The notes: generated by a model from the letters alone, not told the origin. A stretch of DNA of 64,000 nt from Betaproteobacteria bacterium (GCA_900299145.1 OMIN01000060.1:20902-84901), one strand, 5' to 3'; numbered from the stretch's first letter, positions 41,208-50,495 are shown. A program made the numbers and translations.

Positions 41208-42221
41208 ATGGCGCAACCCACAGTAAGGCCGGTACGAATCGGCTACATCGGCGCGGGCGGCTACAGCCGGCGCGTGCTGCTGCCCAACTTCAAAAAGATT
41301 CCCGGCGTCGAGCTGGTGGTTGTCGCCAACAGCAAGCCGGAAACTACCGATGCCGTGGCGCGCGAATTCGGTTTCGCGCGCACCGCCAGCGACTGGCGAG
41401 CAGTGATCGACGCGAAGGATATCGACGCGATTGTGGTCGGCACGCGCACCGAAGCGCACTTTGAAATGATCCCACCAGCGCTGGCAAGCGGCCGCCATGT
41501 GCTGTGCATGAATGCGCTGTGCCGCACCGCCGCACAGGCGCGCGAACTCACCGCGCTGGCGGCGGCGCAGCCCCATCTGGTGTCGCTGGTCTACCCCGCC
41601 GGTGGTCCGGCATATTTCCTGCGTGAAGAACGCATGATGCGACATCTGCTCGACGACGGTTATGTCGGCACGGTTTTGCAAGCCGCCAACTATTGGTTCG
41701 CGCCCTTCTTTGGCCTGGGCAGCATGTTTGAAGTCGGCAGCCGGTGGTTTGGGCGTCATACGCGCATTCTGGGCTACCGGCGCGGTTATAACGTGCAGGG
41801 CGCGACTGTACCCGCTCGGCCAGGGCGCGGCGAAGTGCGCCCCGAAACCAATATCGCGATGGCGGAACTCGCCGAGGGCGGCCTCATTACCTATCAGCAC
41901 AGCACCGTGGCAGGCGACACCGCACGTGCACGTGTCGAAGTCATCGGCGCCGCTGGCTGCGTCGTGGTTTACGCAGGCAACGCAACCACGCCGGCGACAT
42001 TCTTCGGCGCAAAGCGTGGCAGCCGTGATCTTGCGCCATTGCCAATCCCGCCGGAGTACGCCGACGGCGTGCATGTCGAAGCCGATTTCATCGCTGCCAT
42101 TCGCGGCGAGCGGCAGCCCGCGCGCGCCGTGCCGCGCTTTGAAGATGCGCGGCAACTGCTGCAATTCGGCGAAGTGTGGAAAGAATCCAGCCAAAAAGGC
42201 GGCTGGTGCGATTTACCCTGA
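41208..42221 (+). CDS. Gfo/Idh/MocA-family oxidoreductase
   Basis: Start at the ATG at 41208, preceded by GGAG. The N-terminal Rossmann motif is VRIGYIGAGGYSRRVLLPNF. The 351-aa ORF on the opposite strand has no recognisable features. Confidence 0.8.
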   Translation: MAQPTVRPVRIGYIGAGGYSRRVLLPNFKKIPGVELVVVANSKPETTDAVAREFGFARTASDWRAVIDAKDIDAIVVGTRTEAHFEMIPPALASGRHVLCMNALCRTAAQARELTALAAAQPHLVSLVYPAGGPAYFLREERMMRHLLDDGYVGTVLQAANYWFAPFFGLGSMFEVGSRWFGRHTRILGYRRGYNVQGATVPARPGRGEVRPETNIAMAELAEGGLITYQHSTVAGDTARARVEVIGAAGCVVVYAGNATTPATFFGAKRGSRDLAPLPIPPEYADGVHVEADFIAAIRGERQPARAVPRFEDARQLLQFGEVWKESSQKGGWCDLP

Positions 42222-42245
42222 AAAGCCAGACGAAAAGGAAAAGAT

Positions 42246-42719
42246 TTGGACTGGATCACCCAAGAAATCGCCATCGGCAACTGCGATGACGCCCGGCGCT
42301 TCGACAAGCTGCGCGAGGCGGGCATCGGCGGCATTCTGTCGCTCACCGGCTGGCCCAATGGCGCGAACAATGTGCACGGTGTGGATTGGCGTTGCGTAGA
42401 ACTCATCGACGGCTTCGGCAATCCGGTCGATCAATTGCGCGAGGCAGTGTGGCAATTGCACGACCTCACTGAACGCGGCCGCGTACTGGTGCATTGCATG
42501 GAGGGCGTAAGCCGCTCGCCTCTCGTCGTGGCAAGTTACCTCGCCGACAAGGCGGCACGGCCTTTCGCCGATTGCCTGCAGGAGATTTCCAATCTGCGTA
42601 AATGGGTGGCGCTGCAGCCGGGGCTGATGGAGTTGCGCGTGGCGTACGAAGCGGCGTTCCAGCTGCATGAGCGCGTCGGCCGCCCGTCTACGCGTGCTGT
42701 TCAGGGCACTATCGGCTAA
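42246..42719 (+). CDS. Dual-specificity (Cys-based) protein phosphatase family protein
   Basis: 157 aa with the CX5R(S/T) P-loop VHCMEGVSRSP. TTG start preceded by AAGGA. Its stop overlaps the ATG of the next gene (TAATG). Confidence 0.75.
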   Translation: MDWITQEIAIGNCDDARRFDKLREAGIGGILSLTGWPNGANNVHGVDWRCVELIDGFGNPVDQLREAVWQLHDLTERGRVLVHCMEGVSRSPLVVASYLADKAARPFADCLQEISNLRKWVALQPGLMELRVAYEAAFQLHERVGRPSTRAVQGTIG

Positions 42720-44158
42720 TGACCACCGCGGCACAAGCATTGACGGCGGAAATGGCAGATAGCGCGCCGGCAAGTGAGCCGCTGCGCAAATTTTTGCAGG
42801 TCGCGCGGGGCGCGGGGCTGCGCGTTTCAGCGGCTGAAGGCATTGATGCCGCACGCGCGGTCGACATCATCGGCTACACCGACCGCACGCGGCTGAAAGA
42901 CACGCTGGGCCTGGTGCTCGCCAAATCGCCTGACGAAAAGGCACTCTACGACACGGCGTTTGAGCTTTACTTCAAGCGCGAGGAATTCAAGAAGGAATCC
43001 CCGCGCCAGCAGGCACGCAATCAGGCCGACGCGCCGCCGCAGAACGGTTCGCCCGGCGCGGAGGGCGGCGAAGGATCCGGCGGCGGCGGTGAATCGTCAC
43101 AGGCATTGGGCGATTTGCTCGAAAACGACGACCGCGCGGGTCTGGCAGCTTCAATGGAGGTGGCCGCGCGCGAGGCGGGCATCGACAAAATCCGTCTGAT
43201 GACACAGAAGAACGGCTATGCGCGGCAGATCGTAATGCGCATGGGGCTGAAAGAATTACAGCAGCGAATCGAACAACTGCGCGCCTCGCAAGCAGAGGAA
43301 GACAATGAACGCGCGCGCCGGCTGGAGCAGCGCCTGGAACAACTGTGGGACGCGGCGCGCGATTACGCCGAACGCGCACTGCTGACCCACGCGCAGGGCG
43401 AATCCGAACGCACACGCGAACGGCTGCTGCGCGCCGCGCGGCTAGCCAACATTGAAGCGCATCAACTCGACAAGATGCGCGCGCTGGTTCGGCAAATGGC
43501 AAAGCGCCTCGCCACGCGCTATGCGGCCACGCGCCGCAAACATCTGCGGGGCCAGCTCGATGTGCGCCGCACGCTACGCCGCAACATGGGCTGGGGCGGC
43601 GTGCCCTTCATCACCGTGTGGAAACAAAAGAAAGTCGAAAAAGCGCGTGTGATGGTGCTTTGCGATGTGTCCGGTTCAGTAGCATGGATTGCGCAGTTTC
43701 TGTTGATGTTTTTGTATGCACTGACCGAGGTGCTGTCCGACATTCGTTCCTATGCCTATTCCGATTCGCTGATCGAAGTCAGCGATATCATGGAAAAGCT
43801 GCCCATCGACGACGCCATCGCGCAAGTGATGGCGCGCATGGGCTTCGGTAATTCAAACTACGGCGCGGCCTTCGCCGATTTCGAAAACGGCTGGATGCCG
43901 CAGGTCACCAACAAAACCACCATCATCATTCTCGGCGACGCCCGGGGCAACGACACTGACCCGCGCACGGATATTCTCGCCCGCGTGGCCAAGCGAGCGA
44001 AAAAAATCATCTGGCTGAATCCCGAATTCAAATCGTCGTGGGGTGCCGGTGACTCGGACATTTTTCGCTACGCGCCCTATTGCAGTCTGGTGCGCGTGTG
44101 CAGCACGCTGAACGATCTGGATCGGGTGATTACCGATCTGCTGGATGACGCCGCATAA
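42719..44158 (+). CDS. vWA domain protein of the CoxE type (VWA_CoxE-like)
   Basis: 479 aa. The C-terminal vWA has the MIDAS-like VMVLCDVSGSV and TTIIILGDARGN. The N-terminal part contains an acidic/Gly-rich low-complexity segment. Confidence 0.8.
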   Translation: MTTAAQALTAEMADSAPASEPLRKFLQVARGAGLRVSAAEGIDAARAVDIIGYTDRTRLKDTLGLVLAKSPDEKALYDTAFELYFKREEFKKESPRQQARNQADAPPQNGSPGAEGGEGSGGGGESSQALGDLLENDDRAGLAASMEVAAREAGIDKIRLMTQKNGYARQIVMRMGLKELQQRIEQLRASQAEEDNERARRLEQRLEQLWDAARDYAERALLTHAQGESERTRERLLRAARLANIEAHQLDKMRALVRQMAKRLATRYAATRRKHLRGQLDVRRTLRRNMGWGGVPFITVWKQKKVEKARVMVLCDVSGSVAWIAQFLLMFLYALTEVLSDIRSYAYSDSLIEVSDIMEKLPIDDAIAQVMARMGFGNSNYGAAFADFENGWMPQVTNKTTIIILGDARGNDTDPRTDILARVAKRAKKIIWLNPEFKSSWGAGDSDIFRYAPYCSLVRVCSTLNDLDRVITDLLDDAA

Positions 44159-44162
44159 CGAT

Positions 44163-44200
44163 ATTAAAAAATATTTAATAAAAACGAATACTTATGATAG
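44163..44200 (-). repeat. AT-rich intergenic repeat
   Basis: The reverse complement reads CTATCATAAGTATTCGTTTTTATTAAATATTTTTTAAT. Lies between the vWA gene stop and the SBP gene start. Confidence 0.7.
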
Positions 44201-44215
44201 ACGAGGAGCCCTAAC

Positions 44216-45811
44216 ATGAATTTCATGCACCCCAAGCGTAGTGTGCTGCTGACGATACTACTGGCTTTGACCGCCGCCCCCACCCTTGCACAAAAGTACG
44301 GCGGCACGCTGCGCTTCCCATTGCGCGAAAACCCCAGCAGCGCATCGCTGCACGAAGAATCGTCGATTACGGCAATCCAGCCTTTCATGGCGGTATTCAA
44401 CAATCTGGTGGTGTATGACCAGCAGCAGGAAATGGCGCGGGTCGAATCGATCAAGCCTGATCTTGCCACCGAGTGGTCGTGGAGCGCCGACAACAAGGTG
44501 CTGACCATGAAGTTGCGCACGGGCGTGAAGTGGCACGACGGCAAGCCCTTTACCAGCGCCGATGTGCAATGCACCTGGGACATGATCACCGAAAAGCGCA
44601 CATCCAACTGGCGCAAGAATTCTCACAAGGAATGGTACGGCAATCTAAAAGAAGTACAGGTCGCCGGCCCCTACGAAGTGAAATTCGTGCTGGGGCGGCC
44701 GCAGCCTTCGTTTCTGTCGTTTCTCGCCAGCGGCTGGTCGCCCGTGTATCCATGCCACGTCGACGGCCGGGTGATGCGCCAGAAGCCCATTGGCACCGGC
44801 CCCTTCAAGGTGGTGGATTTCAAACCCAACGATTCCATCCGCCTTGAAAAGAACAAGGAATACTGGAAGCCGGGCCGGCCGTACCTCGATGGCATCGTGT
44901 ACCGCATAATGCCCAGCACGGCCACGCGTGTGCTGTCGTTCGTGGCGGGTGAATTCGACATGACGGGTACTTCCACGGTCACGCCCGTCACCATCAAGGA
45001 TGTTCAATCGAAAGTCCCCAATGCCGTGTGTCAGACCACTGGTACCATGGTGACCGGCGTGGTGCTGATTAATCACAAGGCGCCGCCGTTCGACAACGCG
45101 AAAATTCGCCGCGCAGTAAATCTCGCGCTGGACCGCAACGGCTTTGTCGCCGCCCAGCACGGCGCGGCGCGCCACGGCGGCGTGATGATGACACCACCGT
45201 ACGGCGTGTGGGGCCTGTCGCCCGCGCAACTCGAAAGCGTGCCCGGGCAAGGCAAGGATGTGGAGAGAAACCGCGCCGAGGCGAGAAAGCTAATGGAAGA
45301 AGCCGGTTACGGGCCCAACAACAAACTGAAACTTAACTTCATTGTGCGCAATTCCGCGCCCAACTTCGTCGCCGGGGCTACGCTTGCCGCAGACCAGCTG
45401 CGCAGCATTTACATCGAGGGCAATGTCGAACCGAAAGATTACACCGTGTTCACCGGTGCTGTGATCAAGGGCGCCTACACCATTGCGTTTGAAACTTCAG
45501 GCTCGGCCATCGACGACCCTGACGTCGTTCTCTACGAAAACTTCAAATGTGAATCGATCCGCAACTACAACAAATACTGCAACCGTGAGGTGGAGGCGAA
45601 GATTGATGAACAGTCCGCCACCGTTGATCCCGCCAAGCGCAAGCAACTGGTACAGGCGCTTGATCTGCAACTGCTGCAGGACGCCGCGCGTGTAGCGGTC
45701 TACCACTCGACCAGCTCGGCGTGCTGGCATCCACACGTCAAGGGCTACTTGCGCTCGAAAAACGGCATTTACACGCACCATCGCATGGAAGATGTTTGGC
45801 TGGATAAGTAG
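44216..45811 (+). CDS. ABC transporter substrate-binding protein, family 5 (peptide/nickel type)
   Basis: 531 aa with a signal peptide and typical SBP_bac_5 motifs (KWHDGKPFTSADV, IRLEKNKEYW). No permease or ATPase genes are adjacent. Confidence 0.9.
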   Translation: MNFMHPKRSVLLTILLALTAAPTLAQKYGGTLRFPLRENPSSASLHEESSITAIQPFMAVFNNLVVYDQQQEMARVESIKPDLATEWSWSADNKVLTMKLRTGVKWHDGKPFTSADVQCTWDMITEKRTSNWRKNSHKEWYGNLKEVQVAGPYEVKFVLGRPQPSFLSFLASGWSPVYPCHVDGRVMRQKPIGTGPFKVVDFKPNDSIRLEKNKEYWKPGRPYLDGIVYRIMPSTATRVLSFVAGEFDMTGTSTVTPVTIKDVQSKVPNAVCQTTGTMVTGVVLINHKAPPFDNAKIRRAVNLALDRNGFVAAQHGAARHGGVMMTPPYGVWGLSPAQLESVPGQGKDVERNRAEARKLMEEAGYGPNNKLKLNFIVRNSAPNFVAGATLAADQLRSIYIEGNVEPKDYTVFTGAVIKGAYTIAFETSGSAIDDPDVVLYENFKCESIRNYNKYCNREVEAKIDEQSATVDPAKRKQLVQALDLQLLQDAARVAVYHSTSSACWHPHVKGYLRSKNGIYTHHRMEDVWLDK

Positions 45812-45856
45812 CTTATGGCTTTAGCTGGCTATTCGGATAAACGGAGGCAATGAACC

Positions 45857-46711
45857 ATGCAGCTGAACGCGATTTTCCCCACGCGCGACATCGGCAACGA
45901 TCCCGCCAAGATTCGTGACTGGGCGCAGGCCGCTGAAGACCTCGGCTACTCGCATATCGAAGTGCCCGATCACGTGTTCGGCGCCGCGGCACGCGGCGGC
46001 TGGACGCCGACTTATAGCGAGAACGATCCATTTCACGAAACCTTTGTGATGCTGGGATTTCTTGCTGCCGTCACGAAAAAAATTCGCCTCTCCAGCGGCA
46101 TTCTCATCGCACCGCAACGACAGACTGGGCTGATTGCGAAGCAGGCGGCCGAAGTCGATTTATTGAGTGGCGGACGGCTGCGGCTGGGCTTGGGCGTGGG
46201 CTGGAACCATGTCGAATACGAAGCGCTGGGCGCGGACTGGAAAACGCGTGGCTTACGTCAGGCTGAGCAGATCGCCGTGCTGCGGCGGCTATGGGCCGGT
46301 GAATTGGTCACCTTCAAGGGCCGCTTTCATGACCTGCAGGCGGTCAACATCGCGCCGCCGCCAGTACAACGGCCTATCCCCATATGGCTGGGCGGCTCTT
46401 CAGACGCCGTGGTCAAACGCGCCGCGCAACTTGCCGATGGCTGGATGCCCATCATCGCGCCCGATGCGCAAGCGCAGCAAAAGCTTGATCTGCTGCGCAG
46501 CGAGTTAAAAAATCACGGCCGCGACGCAGGAACCTTCGGCCTCGAAGCGTGGCTGCGCATGCAGGACCCGAATCCGGAAGAATGGGCGCTTGCCGCCGAG
46601 ACTTGGCGCAAACTCGGTGCACAGTACGTGATGCTTTATCCGATGTTTCGGCGGCAAACGCTGGACGAACAAATTGCAATTCTGCGGCAGTTCAGGGCGG
46701 TGATGACGTGA
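45857..46711 (+). CDS. LLM-class (luciferase-like) flavin/F420-type oxidoreductase
   Basis: 284 aa with GYSHIEVPDHV, SGGRLRLGLGVGW and PIWLGGSS, typical of the luciferase-like monooxygenase superfamily. Confidence 0.85.
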   Translation: MQLNAIFPTRDIGNDPAKIRDWAQAAEDLGYSHIEVPDHVFGAAARGGWTPTYSENDPFHETFVMLGFLAAVTKKIRLSSGILIAPQRQTGLIAKQAAEVDLLSGGRLRLGLGVGWNHVEYEALGADWKTRGLRQAEQIAVLRRLWAGELVTFKGRFHDLQAVNIAPPPVQRPIPIWLGGSSDAVVKRAAQLADGWMPIIAPDAQAQQKLDLLRSELKNHGRDAGTFGLEAWLRMQDPNPEEWALAAETWRKLGAQYVMLYPMFRRQTLDEQIAILRQFRAVMT

Positions 46712-47676
46712 GAACCCGATGGCGCATCGTGGCAGTGTTAGCTGTGCTGGCATTTCAGGCGACAGCGAGCGCGTATGCCCAGCAGGGCTACCCCAGGCGT
46801 CCCATCGCTTATATCGTGCCCTACGGTCCGGGCAGCGGCAATGACGTAATCGCGCGAATTGTCGCCCGCAAAATCAGCGATAACTGGGGCCAGCAAGTCG
46901 TGGTGGTCAATCGCCCCGGCGCCACCGGCGCCATCGGTCTGGAGCTGACGGCCAGCGCTCAGCCCGACGGTCATACCATGGTGATCGCCAGCACCAGCCA
47001 GATCATCAACCAGCATATCTCCAAGGTGCGCTACGACTTCTTGCGTGATTTCTCGCACGTGTCGCTGTCCGGCACCATGCCCTATGCGGTGGTAGTACTT
47101 AATACCTATCCCGCGAAGTCACTCAAGGAACTGGTCGCCATTGCCAAGGCGAATCCCGGCAAGCTCAATTATACGGGCACCATCGGCAGCATCGCGCATT
47201 TCATGGGCGAAATGCTGAAATCCGCCGGCGGTATCGACATCGTGATGGTGCCCAACAAGCTCGCGGCCGAATCCGAAGTCGACGTACTGGCGGGCCGCAT
47301 TGAAATCTGGATTTCTACATTGTCGACGGCCATCAAGCAGGCGAAGGCCGGCAAAGTCCGGGTGCTAGGCGTGGGCGGCGGCAAACGCTCCGCAGAGCTG
47401 CCGGAAGCGCCGACCATGGCCGAGGCGGGCTATTCCAAACTCGACGTGGTTGCAGCCTATTACATCCTGACCCCGGCCAAAACGCCGAACGCCGTCAACA
47501 ACACACTAAACGGCCAGTTCGTAAAGGCCATTGCCGACAAGGATGTAAAAGAGAAACTTGTCGCCGTCGGCGTGGAACCAACCACCAGCACGCCGCTGGA
47601 ACTGGCTGCCTTGGTCAAAAGCGACGTGGAAAAATGGGGAAAAGTGGTAAAGGAGTCGGGGTTTCGTCTGGAGTAG
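46708..47676 (+). CDS. Bug-family (TctC-like) substrate-binding protein
   Basis: The GTG start at 46708 overlaps the LLM stop (GTGA). Signal peptide RWRIVAVLAVLAFQATASAYA, then YPRRPIAYIVPYGPGSGNDV and NRPGATGAIG. Confidence 0.85.
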   Translation: MRTRWRIVAVLAVLAFQATASAYAQQGYPRRPIAYIVPYGPGSGNDVIARIVARKISDNWGQQVVVVNRPGATGAIGLELTASAQPDGHTMVIASTSQIINQHISKVRYDFLRDFSHVSLSGTMPYAVVVLNTYPAKSLKELVAIAKANPGKLNYTGTIGSIAHFMGEMLKSAGGIDIVMVPNKLAAESEVDVLAGRIEIWISTLSTAIKQAKAGKVRVLGVGGGKRSAELPEAPTMAEAGYSKLDVVAAYYILTPAKTPNAVNNTLNGQFVKAIADKDVKEKLVAVGVEPTTSTPLELAALVKSDVEKWGKVVKESGFRLE

Positions 47677-48014
47677 AAATGTCGGCTTTCTTGGACATGC
47701 GACAAAAGTAAGAATTTAAGATCGGCTGAGAAAGACAGTAACTTAAATTCCTATAGACAAAGCGGACGGAACAGATGTAGTCGCTTCGGCTTCGACCTCG
47801 ATTTTCATCGAGCGATGACCATGGGCCATTTCGCATGAATCGCCAAATTGAAGCTCATCGCGGAAGATTGACGATCACCAACCGGACAAAACTCAGTCCT
47901 CTTCATTATATTCCTGACCATATGCGTGGCCTTCCCATTGCCGATATTTCCCGCCGGCCATATCGCACTCCCTTTCGCCCCCTGTACTAAGCGACTGCCG
48001 TTAAGTCCGCTTCG

Positions 48015-48410
48015 TTACAGGGAAGGCGTCGCCTGATGCGCGAAGCGGTGCTCGCGCAATTGCTGACAATGCGCGCAACGTTTGGCCGTGGGGTATGCGC
48101 TTAGCCGTTCATAGGCAACGTCATCGCTGCAGTCTATGCAAGTCCCGTACACACCTTTTTTAATGCGTTCTTGCGCAGCGTCGATATCACGTAGTTCCGT
48201 CACATGACGATCTACCAGGGCCGCGTCCAGATCAACTAATGATCTGGCAAGTGCCTCGTCTGCCGTATCCGTGACTGAGCCGGCCAAATCACGATAATGT
48301 TGCGACTCCGAGGCCGCCAGTTCATCGCGTATGCGTACCGCCAGTTCGCGCGTGCGGCTCCGAAGCTGCGTGGCCAAGCGTTCAAGTTGTGCCTTACTCA
48401 AATGATTCAT
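48015..48410 (-). CDS. DksA/TraR-family C4 zinc-finger protein
   Basis: Start at the ATG at 48410, preceded by GGAGA. The C-terminus carries CIDCSDDVAYERLSAYPTAKRCAHC (CxxC-N17-CxxC). Confidence 0.8.
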   Translation of the reverse strand: MNHLSKAQLERLATQLRSRTRELAVRIRDELAASESQHYRDLAGSVTDTADEALARSLVDLDAALVDRHVTELRDIDAAQERIKKGVYGTCIDCSDDVAYERLSAYPTAKRCAHCQQLREHRFAHQATPSL

Positions 48411-48437
48411 GACAATTTCTCCCATGGCGTTATTCAG

Positions 48438-48478
48438 ATGCTAGGACTGGCAGCTTGGCGCGGCTTGATTCAGCCCCA
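48438..48478 (-). promoter_or_regulatory. FNR/Anr-type promoter (degenerate box) for the DksA-like gene
   Basis: Plus-strand TTGATtcagCCCCA at 48465-48478, a 21-bp spacer, then TAGCAT on the minus strand (48443-48438). Only one half-site is good. Confidence 0.4.
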
Positions 48479-48500
48479 CCCTCTCCATCTAGCCAACAAT

Positions 48501-48526
48501 GCATTTAAAAACAGATAGTTACAGAG
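48501..48526 (-). repeat. AT-rich intergenic repeat, left half only
   Basis: The reverse complement reads CTCTGTAACTATCTGTTTTTAAATGC. Confidence 0.55.
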
Positions 48527-48705
48527 ATATATCCCTCGGAATCCAAGCAACACACTGCACAATTGATATACGTCGTTTGCGCCAGAGGAATAGCCAGAGC
48601 CAGCGACAGCCGCCTCATCAATGCAGAGGATGGGTACGGCCATGTTTTGGCAAACTGACCAAAGCATTCCGTACAGTGCGAATTTCGGACTCTAAGCGCG
48701 CGGGA

Positions 48706-49095
48706 CTATTCAGCCTCTTCGTACGGCCGCGTGTCCTGTTCAACGCTGCGGCGGCGTCTTGCACCAGCCTGCCGTGCACGGGTTTCACCGCGCCGCACTT
48801 GTGCGTAGTCTTCCAGTTGCCGTATCGCAGCGGCAAAAGCATCGCGCAGTGCCACATAAACGTCTTCGTCGTGGTCGTGATTCGCCACAATTTCCTTGCC
48901 CGGCACCACGATATCCAGTCGCACGGAAAACTGCCGCCCCTGATGTTGATGCCTATGCAACGCCTCGGCCATCACCCTGCACGACGTAATCGGTGAAAAG
49001 TACTGTTCGAGTTTTGCCGCTTTAGCCTGGATATGTTCATCCAGCGCTGTGGAATGCGGCATGCCGCGCACGGTTATCTGAGTGGAAATTGACAT
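48706..49095 (-). CDS. hpf: Ribosome hibernation-promoting factor / RaiA family protein
   Basis: 129 aa. ITVRGMPHSTALDEHIQAKAAKLEQYF and VYVALRDAFAAAIRQLEDY match the sigma-54-modulation/RaiA fold pattern. Confidence 0.8.
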   Translation of the reverse strand: MSISTQITVRGMPHSTALDEHIQAKAAKLEQYFSPITSCRVMAEALHRHQHQGRQFSVRLDIVVPGKEIVANHDHDEDVYVALRDAFAAAIRQLEDYAQVRRGETRARQAGARRRRSVEQDTRPYEEAE

Positions 49096-49128
49096 GTTTC
49101 ATTGTGTCCTGTGATGTGTTCAGCGATC

Positions 49129-49169
49129 ATGCTATGTCATCGCCGGGCCTCGCTATTGATTCACGTCAA
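49129..49169 (-). promoter_or_regulatory. FNR/Anr-type class II promoter for hpf
   Basis: TTGATtcacGTCAA at 49156-49169 (9/10 to TTGAT-N4-ATCAA), a 21-bp spacer, then TAGCAT -10 (49134-49129, minus strand). Box centre is 67 nt from the ATG. Confidence 0.65.
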
Positions 49170-49235
49170 AGCGTCGTAATCAATACGGCGAGTGCTGTCG
49201 TGCTCGTCACCGGATAAACGGCTAAAGCGGCACGG

Positions 49236-49676
49236 TTAGTCTCCTCTCACAAGCAACAAGGGGCATGGCGCAACCCGCACAATGCGTTCGGCGACACTAC
49301 CGATCAACAAACGGCTCACGCCACGCCGTCCATGCGTGCCGGCCACCAGTACATCCGCCTTCCAGTTTTTCGCAAGCTCGGCTATAGTGTCCGCCACGTG
49401 ATAGCCACTGGTGACAATTTCTGGCGACTGCACTTCCGGATCAATGCCCGCCGCGAGCGCGGTCTGGCGCGCCTGTTCCACGGCTTCCCTTGCCAGCTCG
49501 CGAGTCCCCTCGACATACGCCCCCGGAAACTGCCCCGCGCCGTACACAATCACCAGATCAATGACGTGAATGATCGCAAGTTTCGCCTTTTGATCAATGG
49601 CAAGCTGAATTGCCTCTTGCAGACCACGTTTTGAAGTTTCGCTGCCGTCCACGGCAACCATGATGCGCTGATACAT
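49236..49676 (-). CDS. Universal stress protein (UspA family)
   Basis: 146 aa with MYQRIMVAVDGSETS and the ATP-binding type C-terminus VLVAGTHGRRGVSRLLIGSVAERIVRVAPCPLLLV. Confidence 0.9.
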   Translation of the reverse strand: MYQRIMVAVDGSETSKRGLQEAIQLAIDQKAKLAIIHVIDLVIVYGAGQFPGAYVEGTRELAREAVEQARQTALAAGIDPEVQSPEIVTSGYHVADTIAELAKNWKADVLVAGTHGRRGVSRLLIGSVAERIVRVAPCPLLLVRGD

Positions 49677-49709
49677 GAAATCCTCCCGTCACAAAGTGAC
49701 TCGTGCAGA

Positions 49710-49750
49710 CATGCTACTCGTCCCTCGCGGCACGGATTTGACTCACATCA
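49710..49750 (-). promoter_or_regulatory. FNR/Anr-type class II promoter for the USP gene
   Basis: TTGACtcacATCAA at 49737-49750 (9/10), a 21-bp spacer, then TAGCAT (49715-49710, minus strand). Box centre is 67 nt from the ATG. Confidence 0.65.
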
Positions 49751-49879
49751 AAGTGTGAAGCGGCCTCCGAATCCCATACACAACAAGCCCGTGCAAGGCC
49801 GCGCGAAAATTGATCGAGAAATATCCACTGACCGTCCTCGAAGCCAAACGCCCCAGCTCACAAGGCCTGGCGCGAACAT

Positions 49880-49914
49880 CAGTAACTGGCTGTTTTTATT
49901 AATTTTTATCGATA
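49880..49914 (+). repeat. AT-rich intergenic repeat
   Basis: CAGTAACTGGCTGTTTTTATTAATTTTTATCGATA. Confidence 0.65.
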
Positions 49915-49957
49915 TGCCAGCTTCCGAATTACCGGATTCCCCACCCTGCCCGGTCTT

Positions 49958-50407
49958 TCACTTTCGCGCATGGCGCTCGTGAAGTTGTTCGCGCGAAACA
50001 ATATGCGAGATGTCAGTCAATTCCTGTGCGAGCATTTCGAGCAGGTCGTCTATGGCTACGATGCCCGTCAGGCGGTTTTCGGAATCCACGATCGGCATGC
50101 GGCGCACCCCTTTGAGCCGCATCAATTCAATGGTTTCGTATACGCCATGATTTTCAGAAACCGTCACCAGATCCAACGACATGATGTCGCCTGCGGTGAT
50201 GACCTTGGCGTCCAGATCCATGGCAAGGAGCTCCACCACAACGTCGCGATCGGTCAACATGCCGACGGGTACACGATTACCATTTTTTTCCTCAACCACC
50301 ACCAAGCTGCCTACGTGATAGTGACGCATCAGTTTGCATGCCGCCTGCACCGTGACGTCCGGACTGATGTAGACAACCTCTCTGTTGCAGATTTTACCGA
50401 TGGTCAT
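49958..50407 (-). CDS. CBS domain pair protein
   Basis: Start at the ATG at 50407, preceded by AGGAG. Two CBS repeats (HYHVGSLVVV; GVRRMPIVD). Confidence 0.85.
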   Translation of the reverse strand: MTIGKICNREVVYISPDVTVQAACKLMRHYHVGSLVVVEEKNGNRVPVGMLTDRDVVVELLAMDLDAKVITAGDIMSLDLVTVSENHGVYETIELMRLKGVRRMPIVDSENRLTGIVAIDDLLEMLAQELTDISHIVSREQLHERHARK

Positions 50408-50481
50408 GAATCTTCTCCTGTGTATGGGCATCTGCAGAGAGTGCCTGAGGGACATGTTAGTAACGTAGGCCGGTACCCTGG

Positions 50482-50495
50482 TTGATACAAATCAA
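50482..50495. promoter_or_regulatory. Perfect FNR/Anr box TTGATacaaATCAA in the divergent CBS / kinase-like intergenic region
   Basis: 10/10 match. A possible -10 (TAACAT, minus strand, 50459-50454) lies 22 bp away on the CBS side. Confidence 0.6.

Noticed and set aside
41139-42194. 351-aa minus-strand ORF opposite the Gfo/Idh/MocA gene
   Set aside because: The plus-strand frame has a clear Rossmann N-terminus and a good RBS. The minus-strand translation has no motifs and a skewed composition.
47868-47881. TTGACgatcACCAA FNR-like sequence
   Set aside because: 8/10 match, but no gene start lies downstream in either direction at a sensible distance.
48563-48576. TTGATatacGTCGT as an additional FNR box upstream of the DksA-like gene
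   Set aside because: Only one good half-site, about 150 nt from the start codon, with no suitably spaced -10.
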